64,000 bases of DNA from Nitrospira sp. (GTDB taxonomy: Bacteria; Nitrospirota; Nitrospiria; Nitrospirales; Nitrospiraceae): the NCBI GenBank assembly GCA_047150005.1, contig AP038806.1, forward strand, positions 2,304,001-2,368,000. The letters are read 5' to 3'. Of this stretch, positions 20,312 through 30,898 are shown piece after piece. Below the pieces are notes generated by a model, which made no database searches, was not told where the DNA came from, and saw only the letters and a list, made by a program, of their open reading frames with translations. A program made the translations under genes and the position numbers. How positions within the stretch are numbered: the first letter of the stretch is position 1; each line of letters opens with the position of its first letter.

Positions 20312-21304
20312 ATGATCCACACCAGGATTGTCGGAACCGGCTCTTACCTGCCCGAGCGGGTGGTATCGAATGCGGAGGCTGCCGGTACGCTCGGAATTGC
20401 CCCCTCAATGATCACCCGCCTCACCGGCATCGTCGAGCGACGGTGGGCCGATCCATCCCAGGCGTCGTCCGATCTGGCCGTGGAGGCGTGTCGGCGGGCG
20501 ATGGACGCTGCGGGGATCAACCAGTCTGCGATCGAAGCCATTGTTCTTTCAACGACATCACCGGACACGGTCTTTCCCTCGACCGCATGCCTGCTGCAAC
20601 GCAAGCTGGGCTGTCCGGGAGGATCGGCTTTTGATCTGTCCGCGTCCTGCTCGGGGTTTCTCTACGGTCTGTCGATGGCGGATGCCATGATTCGAAGCGG
20701 CCAACTGACCCAATGTTTGGTTGTGGCGGCAGAGGTCAAGTCACGGACGCTTGATCCCGACGATGCCGACACGGCGCTTCTGTTCGGCGACGGAGCCGGT
20801 GCGGTCGTGGTGCGAGCCGAGCATGGCGCAAGCCGACCTGACCGAGGCATCCTGGGCCTGCGGATACATGCCGAAGGCGCCCGGCATGACTTGATCCGGA
20901 TTCCGGTCGGCGGTTCGCGCATGCCGGCGACGGAGGCGACCTTCAACAGGCCGGGTACGACGCTCCGCATGCGAGGAGGTCCGCTGTTCCGATTGGCCGT
21001 CAAGAAATTGGACCAGGCGATCCGGGACCTACTGAAGGAATTCGGCGTGACTCTGGACGATGTGGCGTATCTGGTCCTGCACCAGGCAAACGGACGGATC
21101 CTGTCCAGCCTCACGGCCAAGCTCGAGCTCCCGGCTTCAAAAATCTGCTCGGTGATCGAGCGTCTAGGCAATACCTCATCCGCCTCGGTGCCGGTCGCGT
21201 TGGATCATGCCGTCCGTGCCGGTAAAATCATGCCACAGGATTTGGTCGTGCTGGGAAGTTTCGGCGGCGGGATCACATGGGCGACGGGACTGATTCGGTG
21301 GTAG
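20312..21304 (+). CDS. fabH: 3-oxoacyl-ACP synthase III
   Basis: GTGSYLP, AFDLSASCSGF (Cys), LFGDGAGA, HQAN, GNTSSAS. Confidence 0.9.
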   Translation: MIHTRIVGTGSYLPERVVSNAEAAGTLGIAPSMITRLTGIVERRWADPSQASSDLAVEACRRAMDAAGINQSAIEAIVLSTTSPDTVFPSTACLLQRKLGCPGGSAFDLSASCSGFLYGLSMADAMIRSGQLTQCLVVAAEVKSRTLDPDDADTALLFGDGAGAVVVRAEHGASRPDRGILGLRIHAEGARHDLIRIPVGGSRMPATEATFNRPGTTLRMRGGPLFRLAVKKLDQAIRDLLKEFGVTLDDVAYLVLHQANGRILSSLTAKLELPASKICSVIERLGNTSSASVPVALDHAVRAGKIMPQDLVVLGSFGGGITWATGLIRW

Positions 21305-21400
21305 CCGACACCGTGAGGCGACGGCCTCATTCTCGTCGAGCCGAGGGAAAGATATTCTGAGTGGGGGACGGCGATTGATCAGCGGAGGAGCGGGACCATC

Positions 21401-22018
21401 ATGTTCGGACTGATTCCACGGGAGGAAGCCTTCTTCGAGCTATTCAAGAAGGCGGCGCACAACATGATCGAGGGGAGCCGGCTCCTGGCCGCGATGATGA
21501 AGGACCTGCGTTCGCCGGTCGAGCAGGCCAGGTGCATCAAAGAGGTCGAGCATGTCGGAGACGGCATTACACACGATATTGCGCTCCGCCTCAATCAAAC
21601 GTTCATTACGCCGATCGACCGCGAGGATATCCATGATCTTGCCAGCGCGCTCGACGACATTCTTGATGTGGCCGAAGCGATCGCCGACCGCTTCGTCCTG
21701 TACAAGGTCACCAAGCCGACCGAGATGGCCGTCAAACTGGCCGACATCTTGTATCAGGCGTCGGTGGCGGTCGGGCAGGGCGTGGACCGACTTGGGATGG
21801 CTCATCCGGACATTAAGGAATGCAGCGTCCAGGTCAACAGTCTGGAGAATGAAGCGGACCGCGTCTCTCGCGACGCCATTTCCGAGCTCTTCGACAAAGA
21901 GACGGATCCGATCGCCGTCATCAAATGGAAAGAGATCTATGAAGGATTCGAGGCCGGCACCGACCGCTGTGAAGACGTAGCCAATATTCTGGAACGGATC
22001 TCATTAAAGCACCACTAG
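21401..22018 (+). CDS. DUF47 phosphate transport regulator (PhoU-like)
   Basis: EHVGD, TFITPIDREDI, ENEAD, IKWKEIY, DRCEDVAN; upstream of PiT. Confidence 0.92.
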   Translation: MFGLIPREEAFFELFKKAAHNMIEGSRLLAAMMKDLRSPVEQARCIKEVEHVGDGITHDIALRLNQTFITPIDREDIHDLASALDDILDVAEAIADRFVLYKVTKPTEMAVKLADILYQASVAVGQGVDRLGMAHPDIKECSVQVNSLENEADRVSRDAISELFDKETDPIAVIKWKEIYEGFEAGTDRCEDVANILERISLKHH

Positions 22019-22082
22019 ACGGACGCGCGGATCGTGATGATAGAAGCCACCCCAATCGCCTGACCTCCCTCCTGACGACGTC

Positions 22083-23078
22083 ATGATGTTGGAACTCAAC
22101 GGAATGTTGCTCCTGGTCGTCTTGCTCGCGTTGCTCTTCGACTTTTCGAACGGGTGGCACGACAGCGCCAACGCCATCGCGACGGTCGTTTCCACCAGAG
22201 TGGTGAGTCCGCTTGTCGCGGTCATTGGGGCCGGCATCTTGAATATCGCCGGAGCGTTCATGTCCACTGCCGTCGCCAAGATGGTCGGCTCGGGCATCGT
22301 GGATCCTTCGACGGTCACGCAGCAGATGGTGGCGTCGGCGCTGGCCGGCGCCATCTCGTGGAACCTGTTCACCTTGCTGCTCGGGCTGCCCACCAGTTCG
22401 TCCCACGCTCTGATCGGCGGCATGGTGGGAGCGGCGGTGACACACGGCGGGTGGGACACCGTCAAACTATCGGGTCTTCGATCCGTACTGGAGGCCATGG
22501 TCCTGTCTCCCTTCTTCGGCTTTGCCATCGGCCTCTCGCTGATGGTCCTGATCAGCTGGCTGTTTTTTCGTGTCCCCCGGGGGATTGCGACCAAGATATT
22601 CAAGCGTCTGCAACTACTGTCGGCTTGCTTCATGGCGTTCAGCCACGGCGCGAATGATGCGCAGAAGGCGATGGGCATCATCACGCTTGCGCTGCTCTCG
22701 GCCGGTCAGATCCAATCCCAGGAGGTGCCCGGCTGGGTGATCGGCGCCTGTGCGGTGGCCATGGGGCTGGGAACGGCCGCAGGCGGCTGGCGGATCGTCC
22801 GTACTCTCGGGATGGGCATCGTCAAGCTGGAGCCGGTGCACGGATTCGCGGCGGAGACGGGGGCGGCCGCGGTCCTCATGGTAACAGCCCACATCGGCTT
22901 GCCTGTGAGCACGACCCATACCATCACCTCGTCGGTGATGGGTGTCGGAGCCATCAAACGCCTGTCTGCCGTTCGTTGGGGGGTGACTCGGAGAATCCTC
23001 TATGCCTGGCTCTTCACGTTGCCGGGCGCGGCCATCCTCGCCTCAGTGATTTACTTAGTGGGGACGAGACTGGGGTGA
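22083..23078 (+). CDS. pit: Inorganic phosphate transporter, PiT family
   Basis: NGWHDSANAIAT, GLPTSSSHALIG, HGANDAQK, PVSTTH. Confidence 0.93.
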   Translation: MMLELNGMLLLVVLLALLFDFSNGWHDSANAIATVVSTRVVSPLVAVIGAGILNIAGAFMSTAVAKMVGSGIVDPSTVTQQMVASALAGAISWNLFTLLLGLPTSSSHALIGGMVGAAVTHGGWDTVKLSGLRSVLEAMVLSPFFGFAIGLSLMVLISWLFFRVPRGIATKIFKRLQLLSACFMAFSHGANDAQKAMGIITLALLSAGQIQSQEVPGWVIGACAVAMGLGTAAGGWRIVRTLGMGIVKLEPVHGFAAETGAAAVLMVTAHIGLPVSTTHTITSSVMGVGAIKRLSAVRWGVTRRILYAWLFTLPGAAILASVIYLVGTRLG

Positions 23079-24913
23079 CTCGTCGTCTGGTCCGTAGGCT
23101 GGACCGGGAGGCGGACGACGAACCGGCTGCCGCACGGACGGTTTCCCTCGACCCATACCTGCCCTCCGTGCCCCTCAACGATGTGTCGTACGATCGCCAG
23201 GCCGAGTCCGGTGCCTCCCATCTCGCGCGAGCGGGCTTTGTCGACTCGGTAGAAGCGCTCAAACACTCGAGGCCGATCCGATTCCGGGATGCCGATGCCG
23301 GTGTCCGCGACGCTGATCTCGAGACTTTCGGATTTCCCGCCGGCCGGCGGTCCGCCTGGAGCGACGTGGCGGGCGGCGACCGTGATGCTCCCGCCTTCCG
23401 GCGTGTACTTGATCGCGTTGTCGAGCAGATTCGACAGGACTTGCCCCAACCGTTCTTCATCGCCGTTCACCAGGGGAAGTCCGGAAGGAATGTCCGCCAC
23501 CAGGCGGTGTCCTTTCTTTCCGGCCAGGGGACGCATCATGGCCATTGTGCGCTCGACGATCATCTCGATTTGCAGGGGCTCGTGCCGGAGGAGAACCTGT
23601 CCTGACTCGATTTTCGACAATTGCAGCAAGTCTTCCAGAATCAGATTGAGACGGTCGCTTTGCTTCAGAATGATGTCCAGAAATTTGGCGCTGGTATCCG
23701 GGTCGTCTTTTCCGCCGTCCAGCAACGCCTCCACATAGCCTTTGATCGACGTCAGGGGGGTCCGGAGCTCGTGGGAGACATTGGCCACGAAGTCCTTGCG
23801 AATCTTTTCGAGCCGTCTGAGCTCGGTGATGTCGTGAAACACCAAAACGGCGCAGGCTTCGTTCTCCTGCTCGCCCCCCGCCACGGACGCTTCGATATGC
23901 AGGCAGCGCCCGCTGGGACTCAGAAGAATTTCATCCTCCTGTCCGGCCCTGGTGCTGAGCACCGTGGACACCAACAGCGCCAGGTGAGGATGACCGAAGA
24001 CGCCGGAAAATTCACGTCCTCTGGCTTCCGCTCTGGTGACGTTGAACATGCGTTCAAGTGCGGGGTTCACTTGGAGCACCCGTCCTCGGTAGTCCAAGAC
24101 CATGACCCCTTCCACCATCGACGTCAACATGGCCAGGAGCTGGGACCGGTCTTCCGACACTTCCTCGATCTTCGCGCGTAACTCGTCCGCCATATGGTTG
24201 AGCGTTTCGCCGAGCAGTCCCGCTTCATCTCGCGAGGTGATCTGAATGCGGGCGGCCGCATCGCCGTCCGCCATCCGACGGGCTGCGGCCGCCATGTCCG
24301 ACAGGGGTTTCGTCAAGCTGCGCGCCAGCAAGATGCTCAATCCCACGGCGACCAGGAAGGCGCTGCCGAAGGCCAGCACCAGATTGCGACGGAGCTGGGA
24401 CAGTTCTTCTTCCAGGGTCACGATCGGAAGCCCGAGGCGGAGAATGATCGAGGTCTTGCCGTCGCGTTCCGTCAGCAGGATCGCATGGTACAACGTGCGT
24501 TCTCCGGTAGTCTGGCTTGCACGCAGATCGCTCCCGCTTCCCTGAGCCAGAGCCTGCTCGACCTCCGGTCTGGTCCGGTGGTTTTCGACTCCCGGTAGGC
24601 TCTCGCGTGAAACCGCGCTGTCGGCCAGCACCAGGCCGTCGGGGGCGATCAGCGTGATTCTGGCCAAAGCCTTGGCTCCCAATTCCTGCACGAGGGCTTG
24701 AAACGCCGGATCGGTGAAACGCGGGGCGGGGGCGCGCAGCCATGGCCGCAATTCGTGGGCGACCAGCTCCGTACGGACGTCGAGATTTCTGTGAGATTGC
24801 GCCAGTTCCTGCCGCTCCAGCGACCGCTCGGCCAGGAACCCCGCCATTGCAAAGCCGCAGACTAGGGCAAACAGCGTGGCGAGCGTGACTTTCCATCGGA
24901 TGGAAAGGTTCAT
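23051..24913 (-). CDS. phoR: Phosphate regulon sensor kinase (HAMP-PAS-HisKA-HATPase)
   Basis: ENHRTRPEV periplasmic motif, DFVANVSHELRTPLT, NLLDNAIKY, FERFYRVDKARSR, GTGLGL. Confidence 0.9.
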   Translation of the reverse strand: MNLSIRWKVTLATLFALVCGFAMAGFLAERSLERQELAQSHRNLDVRTELVAHELRPWLRAPAPRFTDPAFQALVQELGAKALARITLIAPDGLVLADSAVSRESLPGVENHRTRPEVEQALAQGSGSDLRASQTTGERTLYHAILLTERDGKTSIILRLGLPIVTLEEELSQLRRNLVLAFGSAFLVAVGLSILLARSLTKPLSDMAAAARRMADGDAAARIQITSRDEAGLLGETLNHMADELRAKIEEVSEDRSQLLAMLTSMVEGVMVLDYRGRVLQVNPALERMFNVTRAEARGREFSGVFGHPHLALLVSTVLSTRAGQEDEILLSPSGRCLHIEASVAGGEQENEACAVLVFHDITELRRLEKIRKDFVANVSHELRTPLTSIKGYVEALLDGGKDDPDTSAKFLDIILKQSDRLNLILEDLLQLSKIESGQVLLRHEPLQIEMIVERTMAMMRPLAGKKGHRLVADIPSGLPLVNGDEERLGQVLSNLLDNAIKYTPEGGSITVAARHVAPGGPPAGGKSESLEISVADTGIGIPESDRPRVFERFYRVDKARSREMGGTGLGLAIVRHIVEGHGGQVWVEGNRPCGSRFVVRLPVQPTDQTTSHPSLVPTK

Positions 24914-24964
24914 AGGGGTGGCGGCACGCGCAGGGGGAGCCGGTTCATCTCCATGGACGCATCC

Positions 24965-25666
24965 TCAGTCTTCCTCCCTCAGCTTGTAGCCGAGTGATTT
25001 AACGGACAGGATCGCCTCGTCGAGCAGCGGAATCTTCTGCTTGAGGCGTCGAATATGGACGTCGACGGTTCTGGTCGTGCCGAAGTAATCATAGCCCCAC
25101 ACCGTATTCAGCAGCACCTCTCGCGTCAACACGCGCCCCGGATTCCGAAGCAGATGTTCCAACAGGCCGAACTCTTTGGCGGTGAGCGGGACCTCCTTGT
25201 CGTCGTCGGTGACCTCGTGCCGCGCCAGGTCCATCACCAAATTGCCGTAGCGATAGACGGTCTCGTGCTGGTTCTGGCTGCGGTCGAGGCGGCGGAACAA
25301 GGCCTTGATTCGCGCCACCAGTGCTTTGGGACTGAAGGGCTTCGTCACGTAGTCGTCGGCGCCCAGTTCGAGACCGATGACGGTGTCGGATTCCTCCACT
25401 TTGGCCGTGAGCATGATGATCGGGACCATAGCCGTGTCCGGTGCGGAACGGAGTCTCTTGCAGACCTCAAGTCCGTCGATCTCCGGCAGCATCAGATCGA
25501 GCACCACCAGATCGGGCTTTTCCTGTTTCACGGACTTCAGGGCATCCGTTCCCGTCGCCGCGGTCAGGGTACGGAACCCCTCCTTGTCGAGATAGAGCTT
25601 GACCAGCTGAAGGATGTCTTTTTCGTCCTCGACGATGAGAATTTTTCTGGGAGCGGCTTGGGCCAT
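24965..25666 (-). CDS. phoB: OmpR/PhoB-family response regulator
   Basis: LDLMLP, GLELGADDYVTKPFS, LTAKEF, TRTVDVHIRRL; upstream of phoR. Confidence 0.85.
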   Translation of the reverse strand: MAQAAPRKILIVEDEKDILQLVKLYLDKEGFRTLTAATGTDALKSVKQEKPDLVVLDLMLPEIDGLEVCKRLRSAPDTAMVPIIMLTAKVEESDTVIGLELGADDYVTKPFSPKALVARIKALFRRLDRSQNQHETVYRYGNLVMDLARHEVTDDDKEVPLTAKEFGLLEHLLRNPGRVLTREVLLNTVWGYDYFGTTRTVDVHIRRLKQKIPLLDEAILSVKSLGYKLREED

Positions 25667-25903
25667 GGGAAATGGGCTCAGCCTACGGGGGAGGGGTAAG
25701 CCTGTCAAGGTGGGACGGGAGTGGTATCCCCCTTGGCCCTTCGCGTCGCGGTCCCGACCGAATCTTCGAAGATGGGGCGGGAGGTCTCATGGTCGAGGTA
25801 CTTAGGGAACCGCCGCCATATCTGTTGACGACCGGCCGACCTCTGACGTATGGTGCAGAGGGGCCTACTCTGTTTGGTTGTGCGTGAAGGAGCGAGCACG
25901 ATC

Positions 25904-26866
25904 ATGAAAATTTACCTAGCTAATCCGCGCGGGTTCTGCGCCGGCGTCGATCGGGCGATCGACATTGTCGATCTGTCGCTGCGCAAATACGGGGCGCCGA
26001 TTTATGTCCGCCATGAAATCGTCCATAGCCGACATGTCGTGAACTCGTTACGTCAGAAAGGTGCGGTCTTTGTCGAGGAGCTGAGCGAAGTTCCCGAGGG
26101 TTCCGTGGTGATCTTCAGCGCCCACGGCGTGGCCAAATCGGTGTGGGAGGAAGCCAATCGGCGGCGCCTGCACGTCATCGATGCCACCTGTCCATTGGTC
26201 ATCAAGGTCCACAATGAAGTGAATCGAGACTATACGCAGGGGTACGATTTGATCCTGATCGGCCATGCGGGGCATCCGGAAGTGATCGGAACATTGGGCC
26301 AGATTCCGGACAAATTCCACCTGGTCTCGTCCGTTGAGGATGTCGAAACGCTTCAGGTGGACAACGTCCACTCCCTGTCCTACGTCACGCAAACCACGTT
26401 GAGCGTGGATGAATGCCGCGACATCGTGGGAGCGTTGCACCGCCGATTTCCTAATATCAAGGGGCCGCATCAGGAAGATATCTGTTATGCTACCCAGAAC
26501 CGGCAGAACGCCGTCAAAGAGCTGTCCAAACTGGTGGACGTGATTCTGGTGATCGGCTCGCCCAACAGCTCCAATTCCAATCGTCTGCGTGAGTTGGGTG
26601 AACATTGCGGGATTGCCTCCTATCTGATCGATTCCGCTTCCGACATCAATCCGGCCTGGCTCGACAGTGTCAAGGCCGTGGGTATTACGGCCGGTGCTTC
26701 CGCGCCGGAAGTGCTGGTCGCCGAAGTCGTCGCCTATTTGAAGACCTATGGGACCGCGGAAGTCGAAGATCTGACCGTGATTGAAGAAGACGTGGAATTC
26801 TTGCTGCCCAAGGAACTCATCACGATCGAGTCCTCCAAGCAATCGGTAACGGCTCCCACCAGATAG
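25904..26866 (+). CDS. ispH: 4-hydroxy-3-methylbut-2-enyl diphosphate reductase
   Basis: [48 protein letters not shown]. Confidence 0.96.
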   Translation: MKIYLANPRGFCAGVDRAIDIVDLSLRKYGAPIYVRHEIVHSRHVVNSLRQKGAVFVEELSEVPEGSVVIFSAHGVAKSVWEEANRRRLHVIDATCPLVIKVHNEVNRDYTQGYDLILIGHAGHPEVIGTLGQIPDKFHLVSSVEDVETLQVDNVHSLSYVTQTTLSVDECRDIVGALHRRFPNIKGPHQEDICYATQNRQNAVKELSKLVDVILVIGSPNSSNSNRLRELGEHCGIASYLIDSASDINPAWLDSVKAVGITAGASAPEVLVAEVVAYLKTYGTAEVEDLTVIEEDVEFLLPKELITIESSKQSVTAPTR

Positions 26867-27043
26867 TCCCTGTCTTGTATCCTCTCGCTGTTTCTCATGA
26901 TCTCTCCCAAATCTTGTGGGGGCGTCCGAGGACGCCCACTACAGGCGGTGTTTTTCTTTGATTCCATCGGGTGGCTGTGATACAACGCTGACCCGTGCGA
27001 TCCTCCAGGCCATCGGACACATCACTCACAGAAGGAGCAGGGC

Positions 27044-30000
27044 ATGTATCTCAAGTCGCTTGAGATGTCGGGGTTCAAGTCCTTCGCGGAGGCGAAGATT
27101 GAGTTTCCTGAGGGGGTGACTGCCGTCGTCGGGCCGAACGGAAGCGGGAAGAGCAACGTGGTCGACGCCATCCTGTGGGTATTGGGTGAGCAGAGCACCA
27201 AGACCCTCCGAAGCGAAAAAATGGAGGATGTCATCTTCAACGGAACGGAGCTGCGGAAGCCGTTGGGTATGGCGGAAGTCTCGCTGGTGATCGGCGGACT
27301 CGACCACATCAAGGTGGATCCGCTCTCGGGACTCACAAGTCAACTCGCGGAATACCAGGAGTTGATGATCACGCGCCGCTTGTATCGAAACGGTGACAGC
27401 GAATATTTGATCAACAAAACGGCATGCCGTCTGAAAGACATTCGCAGCGTGCTGCTGGATACGAGGGCGGGGACCAAGGGCCATACGGTCATCGCTCAGG
27501 GGCAGATCGATCAGATTCTCAACGCCTCTCCGCAGGACCGCAGGGAGTTGATCGAGGAAACGGCCGGGATCGTCCGCTATAAGAAGCAGAAGGCGGAGGC
27601 GCTGCGCAAACTCGATGCGACTCAGCAGAATCTGCTGCGCGTCCGAGACATCATCGGCGAGGTCAAGAAGCAATTGAACTCGCTGGAGCGACAGGCTCGG
27701 CAAGCTCGCTCGTATCAGGTCTTGCAGCAGGAGGCGCGCTCGCTGGAAATCGCGTTGCTCACGAACGAATACCGTGCGTTGCGGACTGTGATTGCCGATA
27801 TTGAAAAGGAATTGGGTCTGTTGACCGGGCGGGAGTCCGAGCAGGCCTCAGAACAAGCGAAGCTCAACGTGGAGCTGGAGCGCGTCAGGCTGGCGATGGC
27901 TGAGGCCGGCGACGTCGCGAATCGGCTCAGGGAAGAGTTGGCTCGGCTCGAGCACCAACAGGCTCAGGCCCTGACGTCCTCCGAAGTGGAGCGCCATCGC
28001 GGCGAGCTCTACGAGCAGCAGCGAACGCAAGGCGCCTCCGAGCTGGAGCGTGCCAAGCAGGAACAGGAGCATCTGGCGTCCGCCGAAACGGCTCTGGAAC
28101 GGACGCTCGAGACGCTGGCCCAGGAACTGCTCGAGCAGGAGCAGACCCTCGCGGGCCTCGATCAAGAGATGAAGACTCTGACGCACCAGCGCACCGGGAC
28201 GGTTCAAGAGGAAGAGCGGGCGCGTGTGGACGTCATGAACCTCGCCGTACTGGTGGCGAATGCCGAGCAAACTCAGTCTCAGCTGGCGGTGCGAAGCGAG
28301 GAGATCGCTCAACGGGAACATCGCTTGGGTCGGGAGCGCGAGGAACTGGACGGCCAACGTCAGGCCGTCACGGAGAAACGTCGAACGCTTCTCGAATCCT
28401 GCGAGGAGGCAAAGCACACGGTCGGCACGCTGCGGGAACAGCAGCGGGCGGTGGAGGAAGCGGCCGAGCGCAGTGCCGCGTCGCTGGTGGACATTGATCA
28501 GCGCCTGTTGCGCGAATCGGAAGAATTGGCCGCCGCGGACTCCCATTGGCGCGCCCTGCAAGACGTACTGCGCGAAGACATGGGTTATGGCCGATCGGGA
28601 GACGAAGAAGCGACGGCCTTGAAGGCCTGCGAGGGCGTGCACGAGGCGATTGCGGAGTGGTTGGAAATTCCGGCGGAGTTGGATCGAGCCGTGGAAGCAT
28701 GGTTGGGAGAGCGCGTGCGCGGGTGGTTGGTGGACGGTCCCGCCGCCGCCTGTCGGGCCATTGAATTTCTATCGGGAAAGGACCTCGGGCGAGGCACGTT
28801 TATTCCGTACTCCCCGCGATGGAGGGCGCCTGCCGATGAATGGTGGCCTACCCTGGCGGGCCGGATGGGTGTCATCGGCCGCGCGGCCGATCTGATCTCC
28901 GTACAGCCGTCCCGTGCGGCGGCACGCGATTACCTGTTCGACCGAGTGGTCTTTGTGGAAACTCTGCAGGATGCGCTGAGCCAGTGGGAAACGCTCGCCG
29001 CAGAGAGTGGGGGGCCTGTGTTCGTCACCAAGGCGGGTGAGATTGTGGATGCGGCCGGAGCCATCACCGGGGGGCAAACAGGTCCGACGGGCGGTCTGTT
29101 GCAGCGCCGCCGCGAGGTGTTGAACCTGGAATCTCGCCGGGCTGAATTGACCCAGGCCGTGGAGGAGGGGCGGCAGCGGCGGGACCAACTCGTCACGGAA
29201 GGGCAGCAGTTGCGCGACGAAGCCAGACGCCTGGCCGATTTGCTGCGAGAGGCCGAAATGAGCGGCCTTTCCCTTCAGAAGGATGAGGCGGGGCTGGAGC
29301 AGATCCTGGGAGATTTGACTCGCCGCATCGAGGCGCTCACGGAGGAGGCTCAGCGGAACTCGGGCGAAGCGCAGCGGCTCCAGCAGGAAGCGCGGGTCGG
29401 CGCAGCGCAGCTGGAACAGTGGATGGCGGAAAAGGCCGGTCAGGAGCGCAGCCTTGCGCAGGTGCGAGCCCGTCTCGTGCACATCGAGGAGAATGTACAG
29501 GGACTTCAACAGCGACTGACGGCGGCGCAGCTCGCCGTGCAAGGCAATCGCACGGCCGGCGAGCATCATCGGCGGGACGTGCAGCGGATTCGACAACAAC
29601 GGCAGGAAGGGCTCGCCCGCATCGAGAGCTTCGTTCAGCAATTGGCTTCGCTCGAAGCGTCGCTGACCCAGAGCCGGCAAGAACGGCTGCGGTATGAGGA
29701 ACTCTGCCGTGAGCTGGGCGGGGCGGTCGACCGAGTGAAGGCGGACGTGGTGCAGGCGCAGGAACGGCAAGCGCAAGACCTGGCGCATGCGCATGAGATC
29801 GAAATCGGTCTGGAGCGCGTGCGGGAAGTCATGACGTCGCTGCGCGAAAGCCGCCTGGCCGTCGAGGTGAGACGCGCCGAGGTCCGCACTCAGCTGGGGA
29901 CAGTCGAGTCCACGCTGACCGGGACCTATCAAGTGGACCTGTCCGCGCTCTCCGAGCCGATGCCGGCTGCGGAGGACGGTACCGCTGTGCAACCAGCCGC

Positions 30001-30694
30001 CGGCTCCGACGACGACGTGAGACAGCAACTGCAAAAGATTCGCGAACGACTCGATCGCATGGGACCGATCAATCTGGCTGCGATCAGCGAGCACGAGGAG
30101 CTGGAAACGCGGCATCAATTCCTTTCGACCCAAGAGCAGGATCTGTCGACCTCCATGGCGTCGCTGAAGGAAATCATCCAACGGATCAATCGTACGACAA
30201 AAGACATGTTTGCTTCGACGTTCGCGGAATTACAGGAACAATTTGGTGTGGTCTTCTCCAAGTTCTTCCCGGGCGGCCGGGCGGAACTGCAGCTGGTCGA
30301 GGCGACGATAGGCGATGGGACGGAGGAGAAGGGGCCGCAGGATGATCCCGGCGTAGAGATCGTCGCCCAGCCGCCCGGGAAGCGTCTGAAAAATATCACG
30401 ATGTTGTCGGGAGGAGAGAAGACGCTGACGGCGATGGCCCTGTTGTTCGCGAGCTTTCTGATCAGGCCGACACCATTCTGCATCCTGGACGAAATCGACG
30501 CGCCGCTCGACGAGGAGAACATCGGACGCTTTACCGGCGTTCTGCGGGAGCTGGCTCGGGAAGCGCAATTCATGGTCATTACTCACAACAAGAGAACCAT
30601 GGCGATCGCCGATTCGCTGTTCGGCGTGACGATGGAAGAGCCGGGGATCTCGAAGCTCGTCTCCGTTCGACTGGCGGACTTGCAGCCGGCATAA
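27044..30694 (+). CDS. smc: Chromosome segregation ATPase SMC
   Basis: GFKSFA, GPNGSGKSN, coiled coils, hinge, LSGGEK, LDEIDAPLD, ITHNK. Confidence 0.96.
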   Translation: MYLKSLEMSGFKSFAEAKIEFPEGVTAVVGPNGSGKSNVVDAILWVLGEQSTKTLRSEKMEDVIFNGTELRKPLGMAEVSLVIGGLDHIKVDPLSGLTSQLAEYQELMITRRLYRNGDSEYLINKTACRLKDIRSVLLDTRAGTKGHTVIAQGQIDQILNASPQDRRELIEETAGIVRYKKQKAEALRKLDATQQNLLRVRDIIGEVKKQLNSLERQARQARSYQVLQQEARSLEIALLTNEYRALRTVIADIEKELGLLTGRESEQASEQAKLNVELERVRLAMAEAGDVANRLREELARLEHQQAQALTSSEVERHRGELYEQQRTQGASELERAKQEQEHLASAETALERTLETLAQELLEQEQTLAGLDQEMKTLTHQRTGTVQEEERARVDVMNLAVLVANAEQTQSQLAVRSEEIAQREHRLGREREELDGQRQAVTEKRRTLLESCEEAKHTVGTLREQQRAVEEAAERSAASLVDIDQRLLRESEELAAADSHWRALQDVLREDMGYGRSGDEEATALKACEGVHEAIAEWLEIPAELDRAVEAWLGERVRGWLVDGPAAACRAIEFLSGKDLGRGTFIPYSPRWRAPADEWWPTLAGRMGVIGRAADLISVQPSRAAARDYLFDRVVFVETLQDALSQWETLAAESGGPVFVTKAGEIVDAAGAITGGQTGPTGGLLQRRREVLNLESRRAELTQAVEEGRQRRDQLVTEGQQLRDEARRLADLLREAEMSGLSLQKDEAGLEQILGDLTRRIEALTEEAQRNSGEAQRLQQEARVGAAQLEQWMAEKAGQERSLAQVRARLVHIEENVQGLQQRLTAAQLAVQGNRTAGEHHRRDVQRIRQQRQEGLARIESFVQQLASLEASLTQSRQERLRYEELCRELGGAVDRVKADVVQAQERQAQDLAHAHEIEIGLERVREVMTSLRESRLAVEVRRAEVRTQLGTVESTLTGTYQVDLSALSEPMPAAEDGTAVQPAAGSDDDVRQQLQKIRERLDRMGPINLAAISEHEELETRHQFLSTQEQDLSTSMASLKEIIQRINRTTKDMFASTFAELQEQFGVVFSKFFPGGRAELQLVEATIGDGTEEKGPQDDPGVEIVAQPPGKRLKNITMLSGGEKTLTAMALLFASFLIRPTPFCILDEIDAPLDEENIGRFTGVLRELAREAQFMVITHNKRTMAIADSLFGVTMEEPGISKLVSVRLADLQPA

Positions 30695-30761
30695 GACTGA
30701 AATCCGCAGAGCAAATTTGCTGAAAACATTCGTACTTCAGAGCACTTCGGCCGCCTGTTGC

Positions 30762-30790
30762 TTGACTTCGCCTGGGGCGTCTGTTATATC
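30762..30790 (+). promoter_or_regulatory. Putative sigma70 promoter of the shc operon
   Basis: TTGACT-N17-TATATC with extended -10 TG. Confidence 0.5.
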
Positions 30791-30898
30791 CGCAGCCATT
30801 GAGTCTTCAACCTACGCATAGGCGATCCGGTGGGCAGTTCGTAGGGTGATGAACGGTCATACCGGGTCCACCGGCTGCATTTCCCTGACACAACCACG

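Noticed and set aside
21305..21400. Pho box upstream of DUF47-pit
   Set aside because: No 11-bp-spaced GTCA(T/C) direct repeats
28769..30181. 470-aa minus-strand ORF
   Set aside because: Antisense to smc
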